Of a DNA stretch of 64,000 nt, positions 16,711 through 26,281 are shown piece after piece. The stretch is from an uncultured Candidatus Saccharibacteria bacterium (lineage in GTDB: Bacteria; Patescibacteriota; Saccharimonadia; Saccharimonadales; CAYUUR01). Position numbers and translations under genes: made by a program. The stretch is taken from the NCBI GenBank assembly GCA_964448075.1, contig CAYUUR010000004.1, positions 4,419 through 68,418 of the forward strand. The letters run 5' to 3'. Position 1 is the stretch's first letter. Each line of letters begins with the position of its first letter. The notes beneath the pieces are model-generated. The model was not told the origin of the DNA. It made no database searches and saw nothing but the letters and a program-made list of their open reading frames with translations.

Positions 16711-17970
16711 ATGAAAATACATAAACTATTTGCTCGCCAGATATATGACTCACGTGGCTATCCGACAGTTGAGGCTGAGCTGTATTTAGACGATGGTTCA
16801 TTTGGTCGGGCCTCAGTACCATCTGGGGCGTCAACAGGCACTCATGAAGCTTTAGAATTACGAGATGGAACCAAAGATTATGACGGTAAGGGTGTGGAAA
16901 AAGCTGTGCGAAATATAAATGTTACGATTACGCACGCCCTACTCAAAAAATCATTCGACTCACAACAGCAGCTAGACAAGGCATTAATTGCGCTGGATGG
17001 CACAGATAATAAATCCAAACTTGGTGCCAATGCAATACTGGCGGTTTCTTTGGCGTTCGCTAAGGCTATGGCGGCTTCTGCTCAGCAGCCATTATTTCGA
17101 TACGTTCAGTCTATAGCTGGAGTCCAACAAGTTACTATGCCAGTCCCATATGTGAATGTTTTAAATGGCGGCAAGCATGCTGTAGGCGGCTTGAGCGTCC
17201 AAGAATGCATGATAGTGCCGCATGGCGCCAAGAACATGAACGACTCATTGAAGATGGCCAGTGAAGTATTCCATTCGTTAGGCAAAATTCTATCAGATGC
17301 CAAGCAACCGACGACGGTTGGTGACGAGGGTGGATACGCCCCGAGTTTGCAAAAAGAAGAGGACGGATTAGATCTTCTAGTGAAGGCAATTACTCACGCC
17401 GGCTATCAGCCCGGTAAACAGGTTAGTATCGCTATGGATGTTGCGGCGAGTGAACTGCTGGTCGATGGCAAATACGTATTTGGCAAAAGGCACTACACGA
17501 CTGACGAGCTAATCGCGTGGTATCAGAAACTGACTGAGGATTATCCGATAGTGTCGATAGAAGACGGGCTGAGCGAAGATGACTGGCTGGGTTGGGCCCA
17601 GCTGACAGCTCAGTGTGGCGGCAAGACACAGTTGGTTGGTGATGATTTGTTTGTCACTAATTCCCATCGTTTGCGAGAAGGCATAGACAAGCACGTTGCC
17701 AATAGTATATTGATAAAGCCAAACCAGATCGGTACGTTAACAGAAACAGTCGAGACGGTGCTGTTGGCCAAAGCGAACGGCTACCGAGCTATGGTTTCGC
17801 ATCGCTCTGGCGAGACAGAGGACACTAGCATTGCGCACATTGCCGTCGGGTTGGGTGTGGGTCAGATAAAGACAGGATCGTTTTCGCGCACAGAAAGGCT
17901 CTGTAAGTACAACGAACTACTCAGAATCGCCGAGCTCGTCCCGCATGTCCAATTTGGCAACGGCTTATAA
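16711..17970 (+). CDS. eno: enolase (phosphopyruvate hydratase)
   Basis: 419 aa with ARQIYDSRGYPTVEAE, SVPSGASTGTHEALELRDG, LVGDDLFVTN, IKPNQIGTLTET and SHRSGETEDT. Confidence 0.97.
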   Translation: MKIHKLFARQIYDSRGYPTVEAELYLDDGSFGRASVPSGASTGTHEALELRDGTKDYDGKGVEKAVRNINVTITHALLKKSFDSQQQLDKALIALDGTDNKSKLGANAILAVSLAFAKAMAASAQQPLFRYVQSIAGVQQVTMPVPYVNVLNGGKHAVGGLSVQECMIVPHGAKNMNDSLKMASEVFHSLGKILSDAKQPTTVGDEGGYAPSLQKEEDGLDLLVKAITHAGYQPGKQVSIAMDVAASELLVDGKYVFGKRHYTTDELIAWYQKLTEDYPIVSIEDGLSEDDWLGWAQLTAQCGGKTQLVGDDLFVTNSHRLREGIDKHVANSILIKPNQIGTLTETVETVLLAKANGYRAMVSHRSGETEDTSIAHIAVGLGVGQIKTGSFSRTERLCKYNELLRIAELVPHVQFGNGL

Positions 17971-18008
17971 TCAGTACATAACTGGTATCAAGGGAGTATA
18001 ATGTAGGT

Positions 18009-18899
18009 ATGAAGACAAAGATTGTTGTTGATGAAAACCATGTAAAGCGCATTCGTTCTGAGCTCGTAAAAGTTGGCATGACTAGCTATGGACTGTTGAA
18101 GAGTGAAACCCGTCATTTGCCAGAGCATATTCATGAGGATGAACATATCGGCGGAGTTGTCTACGGGCGTTATGAGCGCGGTTCCGGTATGATTGTGGCA
18201 ACCGACAAACGCATATTATTCCTTGACTATAAGCTGTTCTTCCAATCAACAGATGAGATTAAATATGAAGTGGTGAGCGGCGTAAGTGTTAATAAACAAG
18301 ACGGTACAGCTGGCGTGGTGCTACATACGCGACTCGGTGATTATAAACTGCGTTTTGTGAATCTAAAGTGTGCCAATCATTTTTTGCACTATATTCAAGG
18401 TAAGGCAGTTGAAATGGAAGAGGCCGAATCGGTTACTGCTCCTGCAGAAGTTCCTGCGGCTAGACAACGCAACACCACACAAGAACTATCAGCGGCAGCC
18501 CGCGTTTTCTTAGGCTCACATGAACTAGCCACGCTTTCGACTATTGACCATGAAGGTAACGTGCATGGCGCAGTAGTCTACTATACTGCAGACAAAAATA
18601 GTAACGTCTTTATTGTCACCAAAGAGCAGACTAACAAAGCTCACAATATTGAAGCTTTTCACCAAGTAGCCTTAACTATGTACGACCTGTCTACTATGCA
18701 GACACTACAGATCAGTGGCATCGCCCACGAAGAAGAGGATGCCAAGATACGACAAATGGTACAAGAAAAAATCCTCCGTCCTCGATTCAAAGACGGGAAG
18801 GGAGAGTTGCCTCCAATCTTACATATCCCAGCAGGCAAGTACGTTGTGTTTTGTATTAAGCCACTCACCTACACGTTCAACGACTACAAAAACGACTAA
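18009..18899 (+). CDS. two-domain protein: bacterial PH-like domain + pyridoxamine-5'-phosphate-oxidase-like split barrel
   Basis: 296 aa. The N-half (GGVVYGRYERGSGMIVATDKRILFLDY) resembles YokE-type bPH domains. The C-half (ATLSTIDHEGNVHGAVVYYTADKNSNVFIVTKEQTNK) resembles the PNPOx/general stress protein 26 fold. Confidence 0.55.
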   Translation: MKTKIVVDENHVKRIRSELVKVGMTSYGLLKSETRHLPEHIHEDEHIGGVVYGRYERGSGMIVATDKRILFLDYKLFFQSTDEIKYEVVSGVSVNKQDGTAGVVLHTRLGDYKLRFVNLKCANHFLHYIQGKAVEMEEAESVTAPAEVPAARQRNTTQELSAAARVFLGSHELATLSTIDHEGNVHGAVVYYTADKNSNVFIVTKEQTNKAHNIEAFHQVALTMYDLSTMQTLQISGIAHEEEDAKIRQMVQEKILRPRFKDGKGELPPILHIPAGKYVVFCIKPLTYTFNDYKND

Positions 18900-18939
18900 A
18901 TTTTGAACTTCTAGCCGCTTAAATGGTAGGCTAGGGGCA

Positions 18940-20352
18940 ATGACGGGTGCACGGTCATATTACAGAACTACTTTGTTAAGTACGGCATGCGTTAGTGTGC
19001 TGGCTGGGCTTTGGCTGGCACGCACCGACACCGCGCTAGTCATATATTTTTTGGCATGCATTGGCGTTGCTGGGTTATATCCGAGAACGCGCTATCTTGC
19101 TGTGGCGGCTATCTGCGGATTGCTGCTTGGTTATGTTCGGGGAGTGCAGTACGAGCCGCGACTCGCGATGTATGAATCGTTGCGTGGTCAGGTCGTCATG
19201 TTCCGTGGTACGGCAATAGAAGACAGTATATATGGCAAGGATGGTCAGCTGACGTTTGACACAACTGACATAACAGCAAACAATTCGCTACGATTGTCTG
19301 GTAAGATCCAGGTGGCTGGGCGAGGTGCGCAAATGGTCTACAAGGGGGATCGCATTACAGCAACGGGCAAGCTGTATCCAACCCGAGGTTCACGTCAGGC
19401 ACGGGTGAGTTATGCAACGATAAAGGTTGAATCTCGCTCCAATGCACTGGTAGATAAGATGCGACGTAACTATATGAGTGGCATGTTGTCTGCGCTACCC
19501 GAGCCGCATGCCTCATTTGGCATGGGGTTGTTGATCGGACAGCGTGACACCTTGCCTAAAGACGTTGCGGATGACTTGTCAGCAGTAGGTCTCACCCATC
19601 TTATTGCGGTCAGCGGGTATAACCTGACGATTATTATCATGTTTGCGCGTCGGGCTTTGGGGCGACGTTCAAAATATCAGACTGCAGTTGGTGCGGTTAT
19701 TCTGATGGTCTTGTTTCTGCTTATCACTGGTTTTAGTGCGTCTATTGTTCGTGCTGCGTTGGTGAGTGGTATGAGTTTGTTTGCTTGGTACTTTGGTCGT
19801 ACCTTCAAGCCGTTCCTGCTCATTATGAGTGCTGCGGCTATTACGGCGCTTTGGCATCCGTTTTTTGTTTGGACAGACATTGGCTGGTATTTGTCGTTTC
19901 TCGCTTTCTTTGGAGTGTTAGTGGTTGCGCCTTTAATTTTGCCGCCACCTTCGGGTAATAAACAACCAAATATGGTGAAGAGTGTGGCAGTAGAGAGTTT
20001 TTCTGCGCAGATAATGACGATCCCAATTATCATGTATATCTTTGGGCGTTTTTCTCCGGTGTCCCCGCTCGCTAATCTCCTGGTCGTGCCGCTCGTTCCC
20101 TATGCCATGCTCTCTGCGCTTGCAGCTGGTATTGCTGGCAGCATTGCCCCGGCCATAGCAGGTGTTTTTGCTTGGCCGGCTAAGGTTGTTCTCTCGTATA
20201 TGCTGAGCGTCGTTTCGTTAACGAGTGACTTACCTTTTGCAAGTAAGGAAGTTAAAATTCAGATGAATGTTATGTTGGTGGTTTACGTAGTCATAGTACT
20301 GCTTGTGCTGGTTAAGCAACACCGTCGCAGCCGCGATGATATGTTACAATAA
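18940..20352 (+). CDS. comEC: DNA internalisation competence protein ComEC/Rec2 (no beta-lactamase domain)
   Basis: 470 aa. N-terminal TM plus OB-like segment, then a polytopic competence domain with the LTHLIAVSGYNLTII motif. Ends right after the membrane domain. Confidence 0.85.
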   Translation: MTGARSYYRTTLLSTACVSVLAGLWLARTDTALVIYFLACIGVAGLYPRTRYLAVAAICGLLLGYVRGVQYEPRLAMYESLRGQVVMFRGTAIEDSIYGKDGQLTFDTTDITANNSLRLSGKIQVAGRGAQMVYKGDRITATGKLYPTRGSRQARVSYATIKVESRSNALVDKMRRNYMSGMLSALPEPHASFGMGLLIGQRDTLPKDVADDLSAVGLTHLIAVSGYNLTIIIMFARRALGRRSKYQTAVGAVILMVLFLLITGFSASIVRAALVSGMSLFAWYFGRTFKPFLLIMSAAAITALWHPFFVWTDIGWYLSFLAFFGVLVVAPLILPPPSGNKQPNMVKSVAVESFSAQIMTIPIIMYIFGRFSPVSPLANLLVVPLVPYAMLSALAAGIAGSIAPAIAGVFAWPAKVVLSYMLSVVSLTSDLPFASKEVKIQMNVMLVVYVVIVLLVLVKQHRRSRDDMLQ

Positions 20353-20383
20353 CAGATGAAATAGCAGGAAATGGAGGCTTATC

Positions 20384-21112
20384 ATGTCTGGACACTCCAA
20401 GTGGTCGACGATCAAACGACAAAAAGGTGCCAAGGATGCGGCACGTGGTGCGATATTTACCAAGCTTGGTAATGCGATTGCGTTGGCGGCGCGCGGTGGA
20501 GCAGACCCTGAAATGAACTTTAGTCTCCGGCTGGCAATTGATAAAGCCAAGGCTGCCAACATGCCGATGGCAAATATCCAGCGTTCTATTGACCGTGGCT
20601 CCGGCAAGCTGGGTGGTGAGCAGATACAAGAAGTTTTGTATGAAGGCTACGGTCCTGGCGGCGCGGCTATAATCGTGGAGTGTGCTACGGATAATGTTAA
20701 CCGCACGTATCCAGAAGTGAGATTGGCATTCAGTAAGCATGGCGGCAATATTGCCGAAAAAGGTGCGGTGGCTTTCCAGTTTGATCAAAAGGGTTCAATC
20801 CGCATTCCGAAAAAGGGTGATGAGGCAATGATGGCTGCACTTGATGCTGGCGGCGAGGATGTTATAGAAGACGAAGACGGATCGGTAATCTTGACCAATC
20901 CCAAACAGCTGGCGCAAGTTCGTGAAGCACTTAAGGAAAACGGACATGAAGTTACTGAAGCCGAGTTGGTTTTTGTCCCAAACAATACGGTGACAATTGA
21001 AGATGAAGCGACCGCAGGAAAGCTCATTCGTTTACTGGAAGCCCTTGAAGATAACGAGGACGTCAGTAATACCTATACGAATGTTGCTTCTTTCCCTGAT
21101 AGTAGCAGTTAG
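20384..21112 (+). CDS. yebC: YebC/PmpR family DNA-binding regulator
   Basis: 242 aa, MSGHSKWSTIKRQKGAKDAARGAIFTKL..., full-length family match. Confidence 0.95.
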   Translation: MSGHSKWSTIKRQKGAKDAARGAIFTKLGNAIALAARGGADPEMNFSLRLAIDKAKAANMPMANIQRSIDRGSGKLGGEQIQEVLYEGYGPGGAAIIVECATDNVNRTYPEVRLAFSKHGGNIAEKGAVAFQFDQKGSIRIPKKGDEAMMAALDAGGEDVIEDEDGSVILTNPKQLAQVREALKENGHEVTEAELVFVPNNTVTIEDEATAGKLIRLLEALEDNEDVSNTYTNVASFPDSSS

Positions 21113-21158
21113 CATAATCAATTTGACGTAATGAGTAGGCAGTAGTACCATATGGGTC

Positions 21159-22733
21159 ATGAAAACGGGTGCAATCTTTTTCATTACGTTGTTTGCGGTT
21201 ATATTTGTAGTCCCTCTGCGAGTGCATGCGCAGGGTTCGTCTGTGGTAATTTCACAATTGCAGACCGGTGGAGCAGTCACGGGCACTGCGAGTCATGAGT
21301 ATGTGGAATTCACAAATAATACGAATGCAGACATTGACATTACAGACTGGTGTTTGACCTACTCTAGCGCGTCGTCGACAGGTAGTGGTAGTGATCTAGC
21401 ATGTTTTGCCACACCAAACGTTTCACAGAGGCTTTATCTTGCTTCATTTGGATCGGTGCGCTTGGCGAGTAATGAGTTCTTGGCCGCCAATCCTTCCATT
21501 ACGGTAGATGCAACTTTTCGTGGTTCGGTGAGTGGAACCGGAGGACACGTTCATATTGTAGACTCCAGCCGGAGTATTGTTGATACGCTCGGATGGGGTA
21601 CTGCATTGTACGCAGAAGGTCAGGCCGTTGTTGCACCATCTGGCGGTCAGGTTTTGCAACGCAAGGTTAGTGCAGGTGTATATCAAGACAGCCAAGATAA
21701 CTCAACGGATTTTGTCCAGGCAAGTCTGGTAGTAACACCGGATACAGGATTGTATGAAGCCGTCGATGCGTGTATAAACCAAGACATATTTCCCGGCTTG
21801 CAAACGACGATTCCCGAAGGATTCGAGGTTGATCAATTTGGCGTCTGTCAAGAAATACCGCAACCCCCAGAATGCAAGGGCGTGATATTGTCGGAGATTG
21901 TTCCGAATCCGGCAGGAAATGACGTCGGCAATGAGTATATCGAACTCTTTAACCCAACGGGCGAGACCGTTCAGATGGAGGCCTGTCAATTGATGGTTGA
22001 TGAAGCAGTATACGCCTTTACGGAATCGATAGCTCCTTATGGGTATGCCTTAGTAACCGATATGAGCCTACCAAATAGTTCCGGAGCAACGGTGCGCTTC
22101 ATGACGACTGACGCGGAGGAGCTGGTTACGTATCCTGCTAATATGGCCGATGATGAAGCTTGGGCAGTCATATCTGGCTCTTGGCAGATAACAAACAAAA
22201 AAACACCAGCTCAAACCAACGAACCTTCCACTATTAAAATCGTGCCTGCAAGCGCAACACGTTCACTCGGTCCGTGTCCGGTCGGAAAGATTAGGAATCC
22301 ACAAACGAACCGGTGCCGCTCATTAAAGGGCGGAGGCTCTACACAACAGCCATGCGCGGCTGATCAAATACGAAATCCACAAACTAACCGTTGTCGTAAA
22401 GTTGCGAGTACTGTTGGTGTGCTCACTCCGTGTAGTCCTGGACAACAGCGGAATCCTGAAACTAATCGCTGCCGTAAGGTTACTACCGCAACAAACTTGC
22501 TCAAGCCCTGTGACGAAGGCGAAGAAAGGAATCCGGAGACAAACCGTTGTCGAAAAATTGCAGGTGTGGCCGGCGTGGCATCAACAGCACAAGCAGACAC
22601 TACCCAAATTAGGCAGAACTACCGAGTGGTCATGCTAGCACTCTTGCTTGCTATTAGCTATGGCGTTTATGAATACCGCCAAGAACTTAAAAATGGTGTA
22701 TCCAGGGTGATTGGTAAAGTCTTGCGAAGGTGA
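21159..22733 (+). CDS. membrane-anchored extracellular protein with two lamin-tail domains and four Cys/Arg-rich repeats
   Basis: 524 aa. Signal peptide (..LRVHA/QG), LTD 1 (VVISQLQTGG...HEYVEFTNNTNADIDITDW), LTD 2 (VILSEIVPNPAGNDVGNEYIELFNPTGETVQM), four C-x4-[IQE]RNP[QE]TNRCR repeats, and a C-terminal TM helix with a basic tail. Confidence 0.8.
   Translation: MKTGAIFFITLFAVIFVVPLRVHAQGSSVVISQLQTGGAVTGTASHEYVEFTNNTNADIDITDWCLTYSSASSTGSGSDLACFATPNVSQRLYLASFGSVRLASNEFLAANPSITVDATFRGSVSGTGGHVHIVDSSRSIVDTLGWGTALYAEGQAVVAPSGGQVLQRKVSAGVYQDSQDNSTDFVQASLVVTPDTGLYEAVDACINQDIFPGLQTTIPEGFEVDQFGVCQEIPQPPECKGVILSEIVPNPAGNDVGNEYIELFNPTGETVQMEACQLMVDEAVYAFTESIAPYGYALVTDMSLPNSSGATVRFMTTDAEELVTYPANMADDEAWAVISGSWQITNKKTPAQTNEPSTIKIVPASATRSLGPCPVGKIRNPQTNRCRSLKGGGSTQQPCAADQIRNPQTNRCRKVASTVGVLTPCSPGQQRNPETNRCRKVTTATNLLKPCDEGEERNPETNRCRKIAGVAGVASTAQADTTQIRQNYRVVMLALLLAISYGVYEYRQELKNGVSRVIGKVLRR
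22275..22556 (+). repeat. four tandem 78-bp (26-aa) coding repeats
   Basis: The first Cys codons fall at 22275, 22353, 22431 and 22509 (exact 78-bp spacing). Each unit is C....RNP.TNRCR plus a 10-aa linker. Confidence 0.85.
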
Positions 22734-22769
22734 TGCGTTGCTGGTGCAGAAAGCGTATGATAGTGGGAT

Positions 22770-23249
22770 ATGAGAATACTCGGCATAGATCCCGGTACAG
22801 GTATTTTAGGTTTTGGCATTATTGATACTTTGGCAAACGGCAAGACACGGCTTGTGGATGGTGGCGTGATTAGAACACCAGTAAAACAAGCCGACAGCGA
22901 CCGGCTAGAAACCATCTATAATGAGCTTCACGAACTAATCATCGAGCACGAGCCAACGGTAATGGCGGTTGAGAAGCTGTTTTTTTCACAAAATGTTACG
23001 ACGGCCATGAGTGTTAGCCAGGCGCGCGGCGTCGTGCTTTTATGCGGTAAGCAACATAAGCTCGAGTTGTTTGAATATACGCCGCAGCAAATTAAACAAG
23101 CGCTTACTGGTTATGGACGAGCCGACAAAAAACAAATTCAAGAAATGGTCCGGATTGTACTCTCGCTGCCAGAAATACCCCAGCCAGATGATGCCGCTGA
23201 TGCGCTTGCTGCGGCAATTTGTCACAGCATGAATCAGCGCCCAGCCTAG
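22770..23249 (+). CDS. ruvC: crossover junction endodeoxyribonuclease RuvC
   Basis: 159 aa with MRILGIDPGTGILGFGII, AVEKLFF and DAADALAAAICH. Confidence 0.95.
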   Translation: MRILGIDPGTGILGFGIIDTLANGKTRLVDGGVIRTPVKQADSDRLETIYNELHELIIEHEPTVMAVEKLFFSQNVTTAMSVSQARGVVLLCGKQHKLELFEYTPQQIKQALTGYGRADKKQIQEMVRIVLSLPEIPQPDDAADALAAAICHSMNQRPA

Positions 23250-23295
23250 TTTTGTACGGTGTTGGAAGGTGCCGCTTATGGTATAGTTAAAGGAA

Positions 23296-23721
23296 ATGAA
23301 ACGTGGGTTAACTACAAACCAAGACGGCTTTTCAATCATTGAATTAATGACGACGCTGGCGATATTGTCTTGGGTGATGCTGACAATCATAACGTTCATG
23401 ATTCAGATAGATGGAATCCTTGATAAGACAGAAAGAAGATTGACGGCAATAACGACCTTGTACGAGAAGTACCAAGAATACGAAACAAAGTCATTCACCT
23501 CCCTTACACAAGGAACAGCACTCAATAACTATGAGGTTGAAGATTTTGTAGATGAAATGCCAGCTGATTTGCGCGAGCCTCGTAGTGCAAAAGTTTACAT
23601 TCGTGACGTAACGCCCACATTGAAAAAACTTGACGTGCGGATTAGCTATAAGGAAACTAAAGATAAAGTTCGTACAATCAATATCTCTACCGGTATCCAA
23701 GAGAGCGGAGTAGGCCGATGA
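23296..23721 (+). CDS. type IV pilin-like protein (minor pilin)
   Basis: 141 aa. Prepilin leader and N-methylation motif (NQDG/FSIIELMTTLAIL) with Glu at +5. Confidence 0.8.
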   Translation: MKRGLTTNQDGFSIIELMTTLAILSWVMLTIITFMIQIDGILDKTERRLTAITTLYEKYQEYETKSFTSLTQGTALNNYEVEDFVDEMPADLREPRSAKVYIRDVTPTLKKLDVRISYKETKDKVRTINISTGIQESGVGR

Positions 23722-24431
23722 GAATTCGCAGTAACCAGACTGGCTTCACACTTGTTGAGATGCTCGTAGTTGTACCAATTACCCTCATTGTCTGCGTAGT
23801 CTTGCTATCTATTTTAGTGTCAAAAAACGGCGAGCTATATGAACGCAACGCAAGAGTTAGTTTGCGTATGGAAGGCTTAAATCTATTGGATAAACTACAA
23901 GACGAACTGACCTTTTCAAATAAGTTCAACGCAACATTGATCAGTGATCTTGATGACCCTAATGAGCCTAGTGGCGGATGGGATTATGATTCAACACCAA
24001 GTAATACATTAATAATCAGTCTGCCAGCAATTGATAAGCCTAGAAGCGATCCGTCGCGGCAGTTCGTCTACTATACGACAGGGCCAAATAACGGCGACAT
24101 CGCGATCAATAATATCATCTACTATGTTACAGACACTAACCTTTACCGCAGGGTTATTACGCCAGACACAACTGATGTTTCACCTGCTAATTTCTATAAA
24201 CAGACATGTCCGCCTGGTGATGCTACGCCAAGTTGTCAGGATGACTTAGAGATGTCCTCGAAAGTTGAATCATTAAACGTAACTTACTTTGACGAAAATA
24301 ATGTCGCAGTACAGAATAACCCCAACCTTGCAGATAAGATTAAAGTTACGCTCAATCTGACGGATATGGCAAACGGAAACGTTATTGATGAGACGGTCAG
24401 TATAACAGTAAAGAAATACAATGATTTCTAA
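23718..24431 (+). CDS. type IV pilin-like protein (minor pilin)
   Basis: 237 aa, SNQTG/FTLVEMLVVVPI prepilin motif. Start overlaps the upstream stop (ATGA). Confidence 0.8.
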   Translation: MRIRSNQTGFTLVEMLVVVPITLIVCVVLLSILVSKNGELYERNARVSLRMEGLNLLDKLQDELTFSNKFNATLISDLDDPNEPSGGWDYDSTPSNTLIISLPAIDKPRSDPSRQFVYYTTGPNNGDIAINNIIYYVTDTNLYRRVITPDTTDVSPANFYKQTCPPGDATPSCQDDLEMSSKVESLNVTYFDENNVAVQNNPNLADKIKVTLNLTDMANGNVIDETVSITVKKYNDF

Positions 24432-26277
24432 TAACAAAAACACCAGTACAAAGGGTTTTGTGATGCCGATGGTGCTGATAATGATGAGCACATTGATGAT
24501 TGTGGCAATTCTGATCAATCAAGCTATCGTTGTCAATCAAAGACAGATTACTCGTTATGGCTATGTGCTCATAGCACGTGCAGCAGCTAAAGCAGCAGTC
24601 GATTACGCCAAAGAAGAACTCGACAGTAACATTGCTTATTGTGGCACAGCCGAGAATCGCAATAGTCCGACCGACGATCAAGACTCAACTGTTCTTTACA
24701 ATGATGCAGATTATCAGGTGACGTACCAAGTAGAAATTTACGACAATATATGTAGCGGAACAGGCCGTAATATACGCGCGATCGGTAGAGTGTACATTCC
24801 GGATATTTCTTTGAATGTAGCTTACGTACAGGATATTCGTGTTCGCTTAGTACGAAGCGGTTTGTACACTGAGTCGCCGGATGATTTTTCTCCTGTGGCG
24901 TGGTATCGTTCGGACGTAGCAGCTTCGGTACGTCAGTCATCGGTAAGCGCCTTTGATGATAGCTTTAATGTTGACACAAAACACGAAGAGCAAACAAACG
25001 GCACTACACAAAACGCTGTCTGTGCGGCGAGTAATAATGACCTTGAGTTTCATACCGGCAATGAAAATGTCGGCGAACAAAACATAGGCGTCACATTTGA
25101 CAATGTATCTATTCCTCGTAATGCGACTATCACCAACGCGTATATCCAGTTTAGATCACGTGGCATTAATGGTACGGGCGGAACGAGTGCTCAATTAAGC
25201 CAACCGATAACTACGAGGATTCGTGCTTTTGACACCGCCAATAAAGCTGATTTTACGTGCCCAGGCAATAACCAGTTAAGTTCAACAAGCGGACTTACAT
25301 CAGGTCAAGTCGATTGGGCAATACCGGCATGGAGTACACAGAATCAGAGTGGGGCAGCACAACAAACACCAAGCCTTACTACGATGGTGCAGACTATTGT
25401 CAATCGTTCCGATTGGAATAGCGGCAACAATATGGGATTTCGCTTTCAGAAAGTAAGTGGCTCGGGACTCCGCAGCGCCTCATTCACTAGCCAGAACCAC
25501 ACACGGCTGTATGTCGAATGGACAACTGGTGGCTCTACAACGCAGGCGACCAATGGCTCAACAGTGACGCAATGGGTCGACCAGACAAGTAACGGCAATA
25601 ACCTTGATCTTGTTAACGGTAGTCCGGTACTTCGGACGGGCGTCCTTAACGGAAGGCAGGTTATTGAGTTTGTAGCGACTGGTGATGACCCAGATGTGCT
25701 TGCTAATACCGCGTTGATCCCGACGATCACTAACACGCAAGGCATGACTGCTATTGCTGTTATGCGTCCTATCAGTAGCGGCTCATCAACTGGTAATGAT
25801 CGGTATATTGGCTTGTTGAGTAACTCACAAACAGACGACACGACTGCACCCGCAGCAAGTGGCAACGTTCGTGCCTTTATGAGGAGTGCATTGTCTACGA
25901 GTCTAACCGCAGAGGCAAATGGTTATACCGCGCAAGCGCTGAGCAACGCGATTGGTAACAACTTCTCGTCAGGGTCTTGGGGCGTGTACGCATTCACGAT
26001 ATCAAATACAACAAATGAACGTTACTCTCGTAACGGTGCACCGAGCAATCTTTTTGCTGGTGGTAGCAACACGAGCTTCTCCTTGAACAAGCTGTTACTC
26101 GGTGGCACTACCAATGGTTCAGGAGCATACGTATTACCTGGAGATATGCAGATTGCAGAACTGGTTCTCTACGATAAGCCACTGTCATGTAGCCAAATTC
26201 GGTTAATCGAAAACTATTATGGACAGAACACGAGCTGGAATGTTGATAGTACAAACTATAACTGTCCGTTACAATAA
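24421..26277 (+). CDS. large pilus-associated protein: PilX-like hydrophobic N-terminus + LamG-like C-terminal lectin fold
   Basis: 618 aa. N-terminus KGFVMPMVLIMMSTLMIVAIL has no Glu+5, as in PilX. The C-terminus (WGVYAFTIS...LLLGG....GAYVLPGDMQIAELVLYDKPLS) follows the Laminin_G_3 pattern. Overlaps the upstream gene by 11 bp. Confidence 0.7.
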   Translation: MISNNKNTSTKGFVMPMVLIMMSTLMIVAILINQAIVVNQRQITRYGYVLIARAAAKAAVDYAKEELDSNIAYCGTAENRNSPTDDQDSTVLYNDADYQVTYQVEIYDNICSGTGRNIRAIGRVYIPDISLNVAYVQDIRVRLVRSGLYTESPDDFSPVAWYRSDVAASVRQSSVSAFDDSFNVDTKHEEQTNGTTQNAVCAASNNDLEFHTGNENVGEQNIGVTFDNVSIPRNATITNAYIQFRSRGINGTGGTSAQLSQPITTRIRAFDTANKADFTCPGNNQLSSTSGLTSGQVDWAIPAWSTQNQSGAAQQTPSLTTMVQTIVNRSDWNSGNNMGFRFQKVSGSGLRSASFTSQNHTRLYVEWTTGGSTTQATNGSTVTQWVDQTSNGNNLDLVNGSPVLRTGVLNGRQVIEFVATGDDPDVLANTALIPTITNTQGMTAIAVMRPISSGSSTGNDRYIGLLSNSQTDDTTAPAASGNVRAFMRSALSTSLTAEANGYTAQALSNAIGNNFSSGSWGVYAFTISNTTNERYSRNGAPSNLFAGGSNTSFSLNKLLLGGTTNGSGAYVLPGDMQIAELVLYDKPLSCSQIRLIENYYGQNTSWNVDSTNYNCPLQ

Positions 26278-26281
26278 CCAT

